Virus record (IMG/VR): IMGVR_UViG_3300029183_000001
Span: 1,900-65,899 of that record
From: a virus
Length of the DNA: 64,000 nt
Strand: one strand, 5' to 3'
Positions 63,927 through 64,000 of this stretch are shown here, in pieces. The notes beneath the pieces are model-generated. The model did no database searches and was not told where the DNA came from. It saw only the letters and a list, made by a program, of their open reading frames with translations. Numbering within the stretch: the first letter of the stretch is position 1; each line of letters opens with the position of its first letter. Position numbers and translations under genes: made by a program.

Positions 63927-63958
63927 GCAATATATAAAATATATATTATCGCTCCAAG
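63927..63958 (-). promoter_or_regulatory. promoter (CTTG-N20-TATATTGC) with palindrome at 63930-63946 (1 mismatch)
   Basis: + strand gcaatata-taaaatatatattatcgctc-caag. Confidence 0.75.
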
Positions 63959-64000
63959 CATAAATACAAATGCCCCTAAGAAAATTCATTCTCAGAGGCA

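Larger units (their letters stand above)
1..64000 (-). mobile_element. Tailed dsDNA phage or prophage (probable siphovirus of a Bacteroidota host); window boundaries are not element boundaries
   Basis: Terminase, portal, capsid, protease, tail tube, tape measure and endolysin genes; dense co-oriented genes with ATGA overlaps; Bacteroidota-type promoters; no host housekeeping genes. Confidence 0.97.

Noticed and set aside
2666-63946. (TA)n tracts as simple microsatellites
   Set aside because: Fixed 8-1-8 symmetry, fixed register with the -7 box and exclusive location before genes indicate a site rather than slippage repeats
1-64000. Integrase, att sites, tRNA, rRNA
   Set aside because: No recombinase motifs, long direct repeats or cloverleaf structures were found by eye; lifestyle (temperate or lytic) cannot be decided from this window

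Overview
The whole 64 kb window is a tailed dsDNA phage or prophage segment, probably siphovirus-like with a long non-contractile tail. About 90 genes all lie on the minus strand. The host is inferred to be Bacteroidota from repeated TAnnTTTG (-7) promoter elements, several with a TTTG/CTTG -33 box 20 bp away, from AT-rich starts lacking Shine-Dalgarno sites, and from signal peptides ending before Gln. Recognisable modules: terminase, portal, capsid, scaffold and S49 protease, tail tube, tape measure, tail assembly chaperone with a -1 frameshift, lambdoid-style replication (initiator with iterons, DnaC-like ATPase, SF2 helicase), recombination (Sak-like, YqaJ, NinB, NinG), DNA-modifying enzymes, an amidase endolysin and two metzincin proteases. 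No integrase, att site, tRNA or CRISPR array was seen. Most notable: (1) a regulon of nine promoters, each overlapped by a 17-bp palindrome ATATATAA-W-TTATATAT, plus one half-site; (2) a candidate ~110-nt small RNA (about 62453-62565) whose hairpin is antisense to the 5' leaders of four of those transcripts; (3) a 13-kb block of tail-fibre-, collagen- and protease-like genes that mostly carry Sec signal peptides; (4) a stand-alone PAS gene within a membrane/protease cassette; (5) a NinB-like protein with an inserted lipoyl-like domain and a TraR/DksA-type zinc finger. All family assignments come from reading motifs by eye; no database searches were run.
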